Below are positions 26,177 to 39,799 of a DNA stretch of 64,000 nucleotides, in pieces. The notes under the pieces are model-generated. The model did no database searches. It saw nothing but the letters and a program-made list of their open reading frames with translations, and was not told where the DNA came from. Numbering within the stretch: position 1 is the stretch's first letter; each line of letters starts with the position of its first letter. Where the stretch lies: the NCBI RefSeq assembly GCF_006345805.1, contig NC_043000.1, positions 91,202,001-91,266,000 of the forward strand, written 5' to 3'. The position numbers and the translations under genes are program-made. The stretch is from Octopus sinensis (lineage: Eukaryota).

Positions 26177-26238
26177 AATGGACAGGAAGTCAATAAATAG
26201 ATAAGTAGACATACAGAAAAATAGATAGACAGACAAAC

Positions 26239-26289
<51 letters not shown>

Positions 26290-26290
26290 T

Positions 26291-27547
26291 GTTTCTTTAT
26301 TAGCCACACAGGGCTGCACACAGATAGAACAAATTACAAGGTAGAGCTTTTCTTTTGAAGGTTTTAAAAAAAAAAAAAAAAAAAAAAAAGGAAGGGGGAG
26401 TTTCGATCAAAAGGGATCGTAAAAGGAGAGAAAGAGGACAAAAAAAGGGGGGGTTAAAAAAAAAAAAAAAAAAGGGGGAGAGGAAAAAAAATTGATCATA
26501 GGGATCGTTATCACAGAAATGTCAATATGAAGTGTAAAGGGGAGGACAGGTGAGGTTTACCCGTGAAAGAAAAGCCTACGGAAAAGACCACGGTAACCTC
26601 GGTCAATGAGTCACATTTTATTCTTTTTTTTTTTTTTTTTTTTTGCAAATAAGCAACTCTCTGTTTTCGATTTCTGGGTTCATAGGACTATGCTCAAGGT
26701 GGCTTCGTCATTCATACGTGCCATTCTTGCTACATTCACCATCTTTTTTTAAAAACATTCGCTAGACAAAACTTGCCTCTCTACTCTCACTTTCCTTTTC
26801 AAGTGGTACTTGAAAGAAGTTGATGAGAGATTGACCAGAGAGAAAGTGTTTGTCTCCAATCCTTTCATTCAGACGCGTCCACCAGATACATTCTTTCGCC
26901 ATAGCCACAAGGATGATGAAAATAGCTCTTCCTTCACGTTTGAAGGAAGGAGGCGTGACAATATTGACGATAGACTCAGCTGATAACCGACTCGTCCCAC
27001 ACGTGACAGCAGTTGTTCGACATAAGCCCACAGGTCGGAAATTGTTGGACACTGAACGAGTGCGTGCAGAACGGTTTCGTCGCTCTGACCGCATCTCGGG
27101 CAGGTCGGCCCCGTGTTTCTCGAGCCTGTCTGTAGAGCTTATCCCGAACGGTATAGCGTTCTCGGTAGCACTGCCAGGCCAGGGATCTCTGGAAGTTGTC
27201 CATGGGCCCTGGCCCGAAAGTCGTCCCGAACAGGCGGTCAGGTACTCCTCGTCGACGATCCAGGTTCGCCCCGAGCTCGTCGTCGTAACTCCCCTCCACT
27301 AAACCCCTATAGAATGCTTTGGTTGTGTTGAAGTCATTAGGTCGACCCAGGACGGCAGAGTTGCTTGAGAGCAACGCGACACTCGCGGTGCCATTCGCCC
27401 TTCCTCGGCCTCTTTTTGATCCACGACTGCAGTTCGGTCATGGAGACGAGCTGCGGGAAAGCGTGCCTCACAAACGGCGACCACACCTGTTCACCGTCGT
27501 CTACATAGAGCCAGAGATGTCGCAGTCTCAACGCGTGTCTGCGCATC
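26291..27547 (-). mobile_element. 5'-truncated Tx1/L1-clade LINE inserted in (GATA)n
   Basis: Minus-strand frames give DNFQRSLAWQCYRE..., CPRCGQSDETVLHALVQCP (C-terminal CCHC) and FIILVAMAKECIWWTR. Pyrimidine-rich 3' UTR ending ...AATAAAGAAAC. (AGAT)n on both flanks. Confidence 0.88.
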
Positions 27548-27590
<43 letters not shown>

Positions 27591-27619
27591 CAGAGACAGA
27601 CAGACAGACAGATAGATAT

Positions 27620-27664
<45 letters not shown>

Positions 27665-27677
27665 CAGACAGAGAGAC

Positions 27678-27712
<35 letters not shown>

Positions 27713-27725
27713 TAGATAGATAGAT

Positions 27726-27811
<86 letters not shown>

Positions 27812-27815
27812 CATA
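27548..27815. repeat. Compound (AGAT)n/(AGAC)n microsatellite; representative of dozens of (TA)n, (CA)n, (TATG)n and (GATA)n tracts across the window
   Basis: Direct reading. Other long tracts include 6187-6240, 10865-10928, 16680-16770, 16920-17010, 29180-29278, 35338-35435 and 46598-46700. Confidence 0.95.
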
Positions 27816-28137
27816 CAGACAGACAGAAATGCATATCATCAGACTGTTAGATAAATAGGCAGCTATAAATAAAGACTAATTTATACAAATGTACAAATTT
27901 AGAGGGAAAAAAAGAAGAAACAGGAAAAAGAAAGAAGGGGAATGAATGACCAAAAGAAACTGCTGAAAAATCTATTAGCTGATGTGGTGCCATGATCTGG
28001 ATGTGGCTTCAGAGAGGCTAGAAAAAATTGCTTGCATGGCAAGGTGGTTCGATTTTGTATCAGAGGTCGTCACAGCAGTGAAGCAAAAAAGTAATGTAAT
28101 ATATATCTCTGTATATATAATAAAATGCATGTCTGTC

Positions 28138-28169
<32 letters not shown>

Positions 28170-29048
28170 TATATATATATATATATATATGCATATATTT
28201 ACATACATACTCACACAAACACGTACACATTTATATATATATGCGTATATATATATATATATATATGTATATACATACATATAAATTAACAGTTTTATAT
28301 ATATATCTCGAACTAAAGGCGTTTAATTCCAGTCTTTTCGTTTATTCATTCACTCATATACATCCACTGACACATGTAGGCATGCATATATATGCACACA
28401 TGCATATACATACATACCTACACACACACACATATATATATATATGCATACACACACACATATATGTACACACGTAAATACACATAAATATGTGTATATA
28501 TATCTATATATAATACATACAAACACATATATACATATTTACACACATACACATATATGCACATATGTAACCGCGCACATATATATAATTATATATATGT
28601 GTGTGTGTGTGTGGTGTGTGTGTGTGTGTGTGTGTGTGTTTGTGTGAGTGAGAGAGAGAATGCTAGACACAGACATAATCAGTCTCTGCTACACAGCAAG
28701 GTCGAAAACCTGATTACTTCCATATTCACTGAGATGAATGGTCAACCAGTGAAGAAATTGGCTGGAATTTCTCAGGTCAATATTTTAGCTGTAAGAGGTG
28801 AATAAGATAAGCATTAGTCTTCAAACTTAAATCAATTGTGTGAAACTAGGCATTCTCTGGAAATGCAAATAGGAAAAAACAAAAACATCTGTAGCAGAAC
28901 GAAAGAAAAAAACTGACAAAATAAAACGCGGAATGAAAGTTTTTGTGATGATTTTCACTAAAATTCTTTGTTCAGTCATTCGATTATACTCATACATAAG
29001 TCTTTTACACACACGCGTACACAAGATATATACACATTTCGTGTGTGC

Positions 29049-29094
<46 letters not shown>

Positions 29095-29160
29095 AAAATA
29101 TATAAATTAATTTACATACATGCACATGTACATATATGTATGTATGTATGTGTGTGATAT

Positions 29161-29281
<121 letters not shown>

Positions 29282-29291
29282 CATATATAGC

Positions 29292-29535
29292 TGCCCTGTT
29301 TAACATTATCCCAAAACTGATCAAAGAGGAAAAGGATGCCTTCACCTCCAAACGGAGTCTGGAGAGATTTTTTCAGGGAATACCGGATAAGTCACCCATA
29401 CCTGGATACAACTCACTCAACAAGAACTCACTACTTGAAAGGACCATAAACAAAACTTGACTTAAAATGGATTTAGATAATCCTATCTTGTTGTTAGACA
29501 TGGCCTTGACCAATCTTTAGTCGAAACACATCTAA
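29292..29535 (+). mobile_element. CR1-B-related 3' fragment
   Basis: Homologous to 25430-25670 (ALFNIIPKLIKEE...SLERFFQGIPDK...NKNSLLE; GTTAGACATGGCC). Confidence 0.75.
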
Positions 29536-30004
29536 GTTTTTTTATATACATACGTATTACTTACACATGCATAGATTTAGTTGTATTTCTATGTATTGTG
29601 CTACCATTCCTCTATGCATGCATGCATGTATAAATATTCACACGAGCAAACCTCACTGCGTTTCAAATTATTAACGATCTAACATTATTTTATCTTATTT
29701 AAAAACTACTCTTTGGAATTCAATGAAATTTTTACTGAGAGATGACAACATGTATATGCACGTGCTGTGTAAAAAAGAAGTGAAGTTCCATGAAGCAACA
29801 CAGAAACTATGGTCATTACTAAATTTACGTAAACTTTCACTGCTTCAAATTATTAACGATGTGTAATTAAAATTCATGTAAACAAGAAAATACAAATTTA
29901 ATTGTTTGATGTACATACTGAAATGAACACATGCCGTCATAAACATGGAAGAAAAAGAAATAAACAAATAAACAGCGTTCTAAAATAATAGGTGAGCTGG
30001 TTAG

Positions 30005-31022
30005 TGAGGGTTGTATGAGCGTTTCTTTGAAATAAATTGGAAAAGACGCTGGTCCATGGAACATGCTAATTTCTGGGTATACTCTGATGTTATATAATGA
30101 GATACATACACTATTGACAGCTACAGTTTATCCTTGCTCCTAAATTGGCGTCCATCCTCGTAAACTATTCGCTTTAGAATTCTCCACAAGTTTTCTATTT
30201 GGTTTAAGTCGGGGTAACAAGCTGGCCACTTCATCGTCAGAGATCTACAGAAGCCAAATTGTTGCAGATGCTCTGTTGTTTTCCTCGCTGAGTGTGAGGC
30301 AGCATTATCTTGAGTGAATATTATGGTTGTTTTGAAGGTGGTCCTTTGCTTTTTCAACCAAGGTTCAAGGTGTTCAATCAGAGAGGCTATGTAAACATCC
30401 GCAGACATTTTAACACGATCAGGCACTTTCCAAGTACCAACCACAGTACATCCAATAATACCTGGCCATATCATGAAGCCTTCTGCCACCTGTTGACGTC
30501 TCAAGTGTTGATGACGATCTCGTTCATTTACAATCCTTCCCTTGCTCCAACCATCAGATCTATCAAGGGTAGCATGAATTTCGTCGGTAAACAACACTTT
30601 TGGAAAGTCGACCTTCACGTTATCTTCTGCCCATTTCAGACGATTTTGTATGTGTATTTTGTTTAAAGAATGCCATTTAACTGATGTCGCTAGTTTACCG
30701 CCTTTTTTTTTTCAGAAGACAATATCAGGTAGTTCTGGTCACAGTTGTTTCACCAATGCGCTTGAAAAGTTCTCCAGTTGTAAGACCTGTCTTCTGTATA
30801 GCTTCACGCTTAATTCGTGACAGAGAACGTTGAGAAACAGCCCTCGACTGACCCTTGTCGGCTCTCTTACGCATCTTCGTAGGAGCTGTAACAACTCTTT
30901 TTTTCACAGTTTGGGAATATTTTCCAATTATTTTAGATATTTTCTAATGTTGATTTACACTCTGCAAGTTCAGAAATAATAACAGATTTCTCTGAAACAG
31001 TTAAATCGCATTTAAGACCCAT
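30005..31022 (-). pseudogene. Decayed Tc1-like transposase, DD37E (TRT-type)
   Basis: ATG at 31022 (MGLKCDLT...). VLFTDEIHATLDRSDGW, RRQQ...MIWPGI, QDNA...WPACYPDLNQIENLW with 37 residues counted between D and E. Frameshifts and stops present. Confidence 0.85.
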
Positions 31023-31999
31023 GATTACACGATTATCAGACCACTCGTTTGTAATTTGGAAAATGAAAAGTTCATGGAAATCATCCAAGCGGCTGCGGTT
31101 TGTTTACACTTGCACAAAACCTCACATTTTTTAGACACCACGCGCCATTATTCTGTAGAGATTTCGTTGGATTCCAATGAGTAGTTTTTAAATAGAATAA
31201 ACATATGTTAGACCGTCGTCATTAATAATTTGAAACGCAGTATATATATATATATATATATAATTCGATTAGAGGTTATGTTAGCCTCATGAAAGGATGG
31301 TGTCTTCTTCCGACCATCACTTCTTATATTTATATATATGTGTGTGTGTATACATACATATACATATGTACACATATATATACATACATATGTGTATGTG
31401 TGTGTATTCCCATTCACACGTACATGTATAGACACCACCTTACATGAACCTTCTAGTAATAGGAGATGCTTTCTGTAGGATATTTTCACCTCATACATGC
31501 ATTCTACTAAAAGTTGCTCAATAAGAAAATATACATATTCTCCATCACAGACTGCAAGGCACCAGTGACATGGCAAATCATATTAAAACATAACCAAATC
31601 TCCTACCTATATTTGTAGGATTCATTGGCGATTTGGCCCTCTGGCTTTCTTCTTTGTTGGTGTACTGGATGAATACATTAGGTCAAGGAACTAGCCATTT
31701 GTTAGGTTCTTTTGTTGTTTAGCACCAGGTCAGTTAGACCAATGGTTAAAGGCATTTGTGACTATGAACATATAATGTATTTTTTAAACAATATATCTAT
31801 CACTACATTATTCAATGTGCCATTTTGTATGTTTTTAGGAGGGTTGGGTATATAATTAAAGGAATATTTGGTTGCTATTTCTAGAATGTGCAGGTAGTAA
31901 ACTTCTGGATGCCGCATTCTGGAAAGTAGAAAAGAACGTTACAAAAAATTTGTGGGGGAAAGCAAATGTAAAACATTGAATACAATACAGTTTTAAAGA

Positions 32000-32475
32000 G
32001 ACAACACATTAGATAATGTAGTCCTCACGTAGAATAACTTAGCTTTAAATACACTATGTCGGAATGACATGATACATAACGATGTCCTAGACACAATTCT
32101 CTGAGTGGTGCATAGAATATTGTAGTTCTAGATACACTATGACTGATAGACATTCTGAATTATGTTTCCTACATACACTGTGTTTACTGAGCACTTTGAG
32201 AAATGTACTTCTAGATAGATTGTGTCTGATGGGTACACTGGATAATGTAACTCTAGTTACAGAGCCTGCTGGATGTATTGCATATGATGGTGTGACTAGA
32301 TACGCAATGTCTGAAGCAAACACTGGATAATGAAATCCTAGATACACTAAACCTGATGAGCACATTGGATAATGTGGTCCTTGATGCATTATGCCTGGGT
32401 TTCAGTGATACTTAAAATGATGTAATCCAAGATAGACTAAGCCCAATGAGCACATTGGATAGAGGTACTTCGAAA
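32000..32475. repeat. Degenerate 42-bp minisatellite (~11 units)
   Basis: Units such as CTAGATAGATTGTGTCTGATGGGTACACTGGATAATGTAACT and CTAGATACACTAAACCTGATGAGCACATTGGATAATGTGGTC recur at 41-43-bp spacing. Confidence 0.75.
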
Positions 32476-32564
32476 TACTTTTGTCTAAATAAAAGAGATG
32501 AATGTATCAACGACTGAATGCATTTTACCATGTGTCAGTCGATCAGGACTGATCTGGGGTTGAT

Positions 32565-33040
32565 CAAGCACATCAACAACAGCACCAACAGAAACATAAG
32601 AGCAATGTATGCACTAATGATAACCTCTACATCACGAGGTATAACTAATACAACATCAAGTTCAAGAACAGCAACAACATCAGTAGCAACAGCAGCAGCA
32701 GCAGCAACAGCAACAACAACAACAATTACGAAAACCACGTAAACAACAACAGTAGTAGCATCAGACAAAAGAAGACCATCCTTCAGCAACACTAACAATA
32801 ACACCGACAACACGAACTACCAATATACAAGCAACTCCAGCAGCAGCAACAGCAGCAACAACAACATCTACAAAGTCAACCACAAGAACAGCAGCAGCAG
32901 CAGCAACAACAATATCAACAACAACAACGAAAAAGAAATTAAGAAAGCAACAAAGCCAACAACAACTACAACAACAAAATCAAGAACAGCAACAGTAACA
33001 GCAGTAGCACCAACCGTAGCAACCACATCAACAAAACTTG
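32565..33040. repeat. Degenerate (CAA/CAG)n trinucleotide low-complexity tract
   Basis: Direct reading; interrupted by stops in the + frames. Confidence 0.85.
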
Positions 33041-33515
33041 ACATAGGCTACTTATACAATATAATGTGGAATTTGTAATTACAGCCATATTTTATTGAAA
33101 TGGTACAGGAAAAATGAAGAATAAAGCATAAAACTTATAAGAATTCCTGACTTTTTGGAGAGAATTTCATTTCCTAATATTAAGTCAGTGGTTCCTTTGC
33201 ATTCTTTATATCATTTCATTGCAATTCACTTCTCATTCTTCGATTCACTCTTCAACTCCCTTTCTTTCTGGCTATGTATGTATGTATGTATGTATGTATG
33301 TATGTATGTATGTATGTATGTATGTATGTATGTATGTATGCATATATGTATGTATGTATGCATGCATGTATGCATGCATGTATGCGTATATCTATTTATC
33401 TAATTCTCTCACCCACCCTCTCCCTCTCTGCCTGGGCATGTATAAGTATATATATCTGTGTGTGTTTATGCATATATATATATATAAATTATATGTATAC
33501 ACACACATATATGTG

Positions 33516-33553
<38 letters not shown>

Positions 33554-34294
33554 TAAATATACATGCATAAACAAGTGCACACTCACACGCATACTTAAGT
33601 GTTTATGTCTGTCTGTGTACATGTGTGTGTGTTTGTACACACATATATACATACACATGGATATTCTGACATTACAACTACTAGTACTATATGAGGAGTA
33701 CACCAGCATTTAATAACATTTCATGTTAATAATGTTTTATATCCGAAAAACTGTGTTGCTTAATGGAGACATAGTACATGTGCCTGAATATCACAACTAC
33801 TTCATACATATACGTATACACACGCACAAGTATGTTTATAACATATATATATATATATATATATATATCTATATATATATATATATATACAGTTGTCTGA
33901 CATGTATATGTAAATTGTTGAAATATTTTTTTGAAACCAAAAGAATGCAAGTTATAAAAGATTAATGATACGGATTATTTGTTAATTCTTTTACTTGATA
34001 TTTAAAATTTTCGTGGTTCGGGCCACTTCTTCAGGAATTATTGAAATACCAGATAATAGTACTGACAATCGCCATGCATTATATTGGCTTTAAAAAGAAT
34101 AGTTAAAACATACGCACACACATGCATACATGTAATTACAAACATTCCTTTTTATTTTTTAATTAGTAGAAAGTGACAAAAGTGACTAGTGGCGAGAGGT
34201 TCGTGCATGCCATCTATCAGTTTGATAAGGTTATGTACGAAACTCTCAGAACTTAAGTCACCTGCTACCATTTTGCTAATTAAAAATAATGGTT

Positions 34295-34498
34295 TAAAAT
34301 TTTTGGCACAAGGTCAACAAGTTCGCGGGTGAGGGTGAGACGATAACATCGACCCCAGTGTTCAACTGGTTTTTATTTTATCGACCTGGAAAGGATAAAT
34401 GGCAAAGTCGTTCTCGACGAAATTTGAACTCAGAACGTAAAATCAGACGAAATGCCGCTAAGTATTTTTCTTGGTTTGCTAACGATTCTGCCAGCTGA
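34295..34498 (-). mobile_element. SINE family B monomer, tail type 1
   Basis: Reverse complement: CAGCTGGCAGAATCGTTAGC...GTTCTGAGTTCAAATTTC...TTTGCCATTTATCCTTTCCAGGTCGATAAAAT...CCTTGTGCCAAAA. Confidence 0.8.
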
Positions 34499-34929
34499 AA
34501 GTAAATTGAAACCCCGCTGGGATTTCATTTTAGTTTGGCAGTTTCCTCTATTTTAAAATCCACAAACTCTACTTAAACCAAGACCCCGCATATCACCTCT
34601 TACTAACAAGAAGTACATCGCCCTACCACTGTCTAACACATTAATTTCTGAAGCTATATCTATAGACCGTCTCTGTTATTCAGGATAACTCTTTACTCGA
34701 GCTTCATTCAGATGACGTTTGCACAAAGACTTTCACGTTGGTCTGACGCATATTCTCCCAACCTACTTCTCTAAATATATCTGCTTCCAATAGTACTCAG
34801 CGAACTCTGTCAAAAAACTATTAAACACTGGGTAGTCTGGTTACTGCCTTACACGTTCACATGTTACACATTGCCTCCCTGATCCCTAAGCCCACGACAT
34901 TCACACAAACATACACAGTTATAAATACA

Positions 34930-34967
<38 letters not shown>

Positions 34968-34968
34968 C

Positions 34969-35016
<48 letters not shown>

Positions 35017-35050
35017 ATAGTGATAGGAAGAAAGCAAGCTAGATAGATAA

Positions 35051-35300
35051 GTTTCTTTATTGGCCACACAGGGCTGCACACAGATGGGACAAGTTACAAG
35101 GTAGAGCTTTTCTTTTGGGGGATGAAGAGAACAAAAAACAAAAGAAAAAAAAAAGGTGGCGTAGGTTTTCGATCAAGAGGGATCGTAAAAGGGAAGAAAA
35201 GAACAAAAAAAAATTGAATAAAATAAAAGGAATAAAAAGAAAAAAAAAGAAAAGGAAAAGGAACAAAAGGAAAGAGAAATGAAAAAAGAAGAAAAAAGGG
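35051..35300 (-). mobile_element. Tx1-family 3' end fragment in (GATA)n
   Basis: Near-identical to 26291-26450 (GTTTCTTTATT.GCCACACAGGGCTGCACACAG...TTTCGATCAA.AGGGATCGTAAAAGG), followed by (GATA)n. Confidence 0.85.
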
Positions 35301-35337
35301 GAGATAGAGAGACAGATAGACAGACAGACAGACGGGC

Positions 35338-35434
<97 letters not shown>

Positions 35435-36469
35435 TAACAAATAGCTACAATAAAAGCAATGATGTACGTATTCATTTTTATGTTCTGGTAGATTTGAATA
35501 CGAATGTGCTAATCGCTGGTGTATTTGATAAATGAATCGAATGTTTTGGGAACACGCATCACCTGAAAGGGAAAGGTGTTCTCCGAAGACAAAATACAAC
35601 AGCAATTAACATATTCAGATTCGAATCTGCTTGAACATATTCTATAGATATATTGAAAGCGATGGAAACATATTTCGTACCGCCACACATCTACTGTACA
35701 ACCAGTAAAGTGTGAAAGAGTAAACGGCTGCACAATGTGTGTATGTGTGTGTGTGCATGTTTGAGTGTGTGTGTGTTTGTGTGTGAAAATGATTCAAAGT
35801 TTTAAAATTCTATCGCAGTAAACCTTCGACTGAAGACATTTCATTAAAACAGAAAATAAGTTAATGGTGTTTAACACAACAGTATGTGTTCATTGGTGCC
35901 ACTTTCTTCTTGTATCACGCATTCTACTTGACATTCGAAATAGATTTCTGCTTCAATAAATTCATTCGTTTCTTTAATTATCAAGACAGATTTTTTTTCA
36001 TTTTGTTTTTACAGACTTTTGTATTCTAAAAAATTCCCTGAACAAAAATGTCTTGGTAAACTTCGTTGAGGAATTCCTGAATCCAGGGAATTTGATTTGG
36101 TACTTGAATATCTGAATTGAATTTTCTCCTTCTTAGCCGTTCTAATGACTCTCAGACAACAGTAATTTTATCTTCTTCAATTGCAATTGTCCCAATTTTG
36201 ATGGCTACATTGTCATTTTTTCTGTCTTCAAGAAATTGTTATTTCAATCGAAATATTTATTGTGAGAACAATGTTCCTTCTTTTAAACGTTTATTGTTGC
36301 ATTGACACTGTAAACATTATAACTATAAAAATGAACAATTTCCAGATGCATATTGAAATCTACATTAAATATAAAAACGAAAATGATAACATCAACCTCC
36401 AGTATGTATACAGAAACAAACCAGTTTCTCTTTGTTCTTTAATATACAGGCATACCTGTATAAATAACT

Positions 36470-36860
36470 AGCTCGTTTTGCAACTACTCGGTTTTAGGAT
36501 CAGTGTGGCTTCGTAGTAACTAAGACAATTGTCTTCTACAATAACTTCAGGATCAATGCTTATTTTGAACGAATTTAGTAGGCGGAAACTGTGTAGAAAC
36601 CTGTCGCATGTATGTGTGTGTATGGGTTTGCATGAATATATGTATATGTATGTGTGTTTGTGCTTATTCTCCATCAGTATTTGACAACCAGTGTTGGTTT
36701 GTTTATGTCCCTGCAACTGAGTGCCTCTGAAAATGAGATTGATAGAATAAGTACAAGACTTCCAAAATATGCATCAAGGTCGATTTGTTCGACTATGTTC
36801 TTCAATGCGATGCCCCAGAACTGCAGCAGACCAATGGCTGAAAGAAGCAAAATATAAGAA
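36470..36860 (+). mobile_element. Old, degenerate full-length SINE family A copy
   Basis: Same order as 55499-55915: head remnant, GGCGGAAACTG, internal (TG)n, TTGACAACC..TG.TGG, GATAGAATAAGTAC, GTCGATTTGTTCGACT, and tail. Confidence 0.7.
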
Positions 36861-38700
36861 GTAAATATATTTACCATATTCTTGCACCCGTTGTACCCTC
36901 CGGCTAGCTTCAGGTGTCTTTTATATCTGATACAAGTCTTGGGGTTTTAATTCAATCTATTATGCAATGCATAGGAAAAAAGTGTGATATATTGTCACGA
37001 TTTTGTTGTCAATAACAGAGATGTTCTTATATTAGTCATTTTAAAAATTATGATGCTATTTACTCGCTCTACATAAAATATATATGACGTTACATTTAAA
37101 GGTGTTGTGTGATAGTATACGTGCATACATTCATTACATGGAAAAATTCGAGCAAGAGAAATAATATTCTTAAGATTATAAATCTGGAAAAGTACGGGAC
37201 AAGTTATTACACTTGGAAAAGTTGAGGACAAGTTATTACATCGGATAAAGTACAGAATAATAAACTTTTACTTAAAATTTTAAATATAATATTTAGATTT
37301 AGAAAATATTAGTTTTTATTAAAACTAAAATTTTATTATAAGTTATTCTACTTGTTATTACTTGTTACTTCTATTTGAAATTAAAAAAATAAGTCAAAAT
37401 TTTTTTTTTGCACTTTAAACAATTCAAATAGGCTATAAAATATGATAGTAATACATAATTAGTTAGAACAATAGATAGAATAATACAAAACTTAGTTATA
37501 TATTACAGTAAAATCTACTTATAAAAACAAATTCGCAGTAAAATTTGCTTGAGTTATTGCCAAGTCTTCATATTTTTAGTCTTGACCCAATGCCTATTTT
37601 TTTACATAATGAATTTGCCTACCATATATACTATTCTACTTTGCATAAAACTTTAGCGATATTGGTACTTCTGGCTCTCATTTTTTAAGTATTCTAGTGT
37701 TTCAATATTTTAACAAAATGATGGTACCTTTTTAATTATAATATTATTTTGTAAATTAAAATTAAATATTTTTTTTAATATTCAATTTTAATCCTTAGAT
37801 GCAATATTTTAATTTAAAAAATTTCTTGTTTTGTACTTTACTAGACGTTATAAGTTGTCTTGACCTTTTCCAGATTTATAAGCTTAAGAATATTATTTCC
37901 CTTGCTCGCATTTTTCCACATAATACATTTTTTTCCAGGTTATACTATTATGTCAATTGATATTGTGTCAAATGTGTCCATTAGCGGTGTCGTTAATATT
38001 TTTTTTCCTTACCTCAATGATGCCTATGACATATATCAAAAGTCCTCTAGAACTAAATTCATAAAAAAGTATAGAACTATATTATCACACTCAAATTTCA
38101 GAAACAAACATTCATAACTATTTTCTTTTAAAACTTCATTGCATGAGATTATACTATGAAATTCATCGATTTGAACTCTGTCATTTAAGCATAATTAAGA
38201 TATGGTGTATTCTTACAATAAAAAAAGTTAATTATACTTAAAACCAATTTTTGCCTTGCTTATATTTTTTACTGATATTTTACCTCACAACTTTTTTGAT
38301 ACAAATTCTTGTTGTATGAGACCAAAACTATGAAATTCTTCACAATTTCTTCTATCGTTGCAGCTAAGAGAAATATATTTTGATTTTAGAATAAAAAAGT
38401 TATTTACATATAAATTTGATTGGTGGCGTTACTTTCTCTCCTATAATGTTGCTACAAATTTTTATATAAACTTGTTTCTACTCACCAAATCTCAATTTTT
38501 TATGCCAAAATACAGCTAGGGACCAGTCCTCTTCAAAACTGTTAACGGTTTTTGATTTGGTTAAGACGTGAGTGTGACAAGCTCTGAAAGATACTGCTTG
38601 TGAGTAAATTGCGGCCTTAAGAATATTATTCAACTACTACTGTCGTTGAATGGTAGAGACATATACAGGCAAAGGTAAATACAAATAATACATACATATA

Positions 38701-38918
38701 CGAGGAGGTTGTGAAAAGTTCCTGGTTGTATGAGTATCGCGAAAGGTCTGGCTGGAGGCCAAACTTTCGAGTTCTTTTACAGAGCTTAGAGAAACAGAAA
38801 GACTGCTGCAATAAATGCATGAATTTGAGAGAGGAATATATTGAATGAAGTTATAAATAACTGCTCCACGTGCATGTGCTTTTACACAAATCCAGGAACA
38901 CTTCAGCACTCCATCATG
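38701..38918 (+). mobile_element. Mariner-derived MITE (same family as 19878-20094)
   Basis: TA|CGAGGAGGTTGTGAAAAGTTCCTGG ... CCAGGAACACTTCAGCACTCC...|TA; shared interior TATCGCGAAAGG and GAATTTGAGAG.GGAATAT. Confidence 0.8.
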
Positions 38919-39235
38919 TATGTGTAGATATGTATGCATATATATAAATGCATTTCTATGTACATATCATTTGGAAACACACACACACATATTGCAAACT
39001 GCGTGTGCGATAATTTCAATATTGTTATAAATAGAAGACTATATTTATCGAATGATACTGGGGGGGGGCATGCATTCAAGACTTAAAGTTTCTTTGTCAA
39101 TGACACAATAATCGTCGGACTTCTTGCAGCTGTCGTGAGCCCGGTGAGTATGACAGATACTGTCTATAATCGATGATGTCACGTGTACCGGACTTATGAC
39201 AGGTGAAGTGCCACAAGTATAGAATGGTTGATATA

Positions 39236-39290
<55 letters not shown>

Positions 39291-39341
39291 TATATATATA
39301 GATATATATATATTTATATATATACATACATATATATATAT

Positions 39342-39490
39342 AGGCGTAAGAGTAGCTGTGTGGTAAGTAGCTTGCTTACCAACCACATGGTTCTGGGTTC
39401 AGTCCCATTGCGTGGCATCTTGGCCAAGTGTCTCCTACTATAGCTTTCAGTCGACCAGAGTCTTGTGAGTGGATTTGGTAGATGAACAGA
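39342..39490 (+). mobile_element. SINE family A 5' half
   Basis: GCTGTGTGGTAAGTAGCTTGCTTACCAACCACATGGTTCTGGGTTCAGTCCC...GTGAGTGGATTTGGTAGA. Confidence 0.85.
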
Positions 39491-39799
39491 CAAATATTAA
39501 TGTGTAAACGTATATACAAACATACATATTTGCATTATTACACACACACGCACACACACATACGTGCGTTCGTATGTATTAGGGATTTACACACAGGTGC
39601 TAAGTCATCCATAAGTGTAAGTCACGGCCGTAGTAGTACATGTATATATATATCTATATATATATACGTCAAAGTTACTAGCCCCTATCCACACACACGC
39701 ATACATTCTCACATACATACAAACATGCACGCCTTCATTTTGGGATCACAAGTACTTTATTATCTCCCCTGCCTTCTACCTCTCCTGTCAAACCTTTTC

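Noticed and set aside
32565-33040. PolyQ/T/S-like coding exon
   Set aside because: Interrupted by stops, with no splice context; treated as a trinucleotide low-complexity tract.
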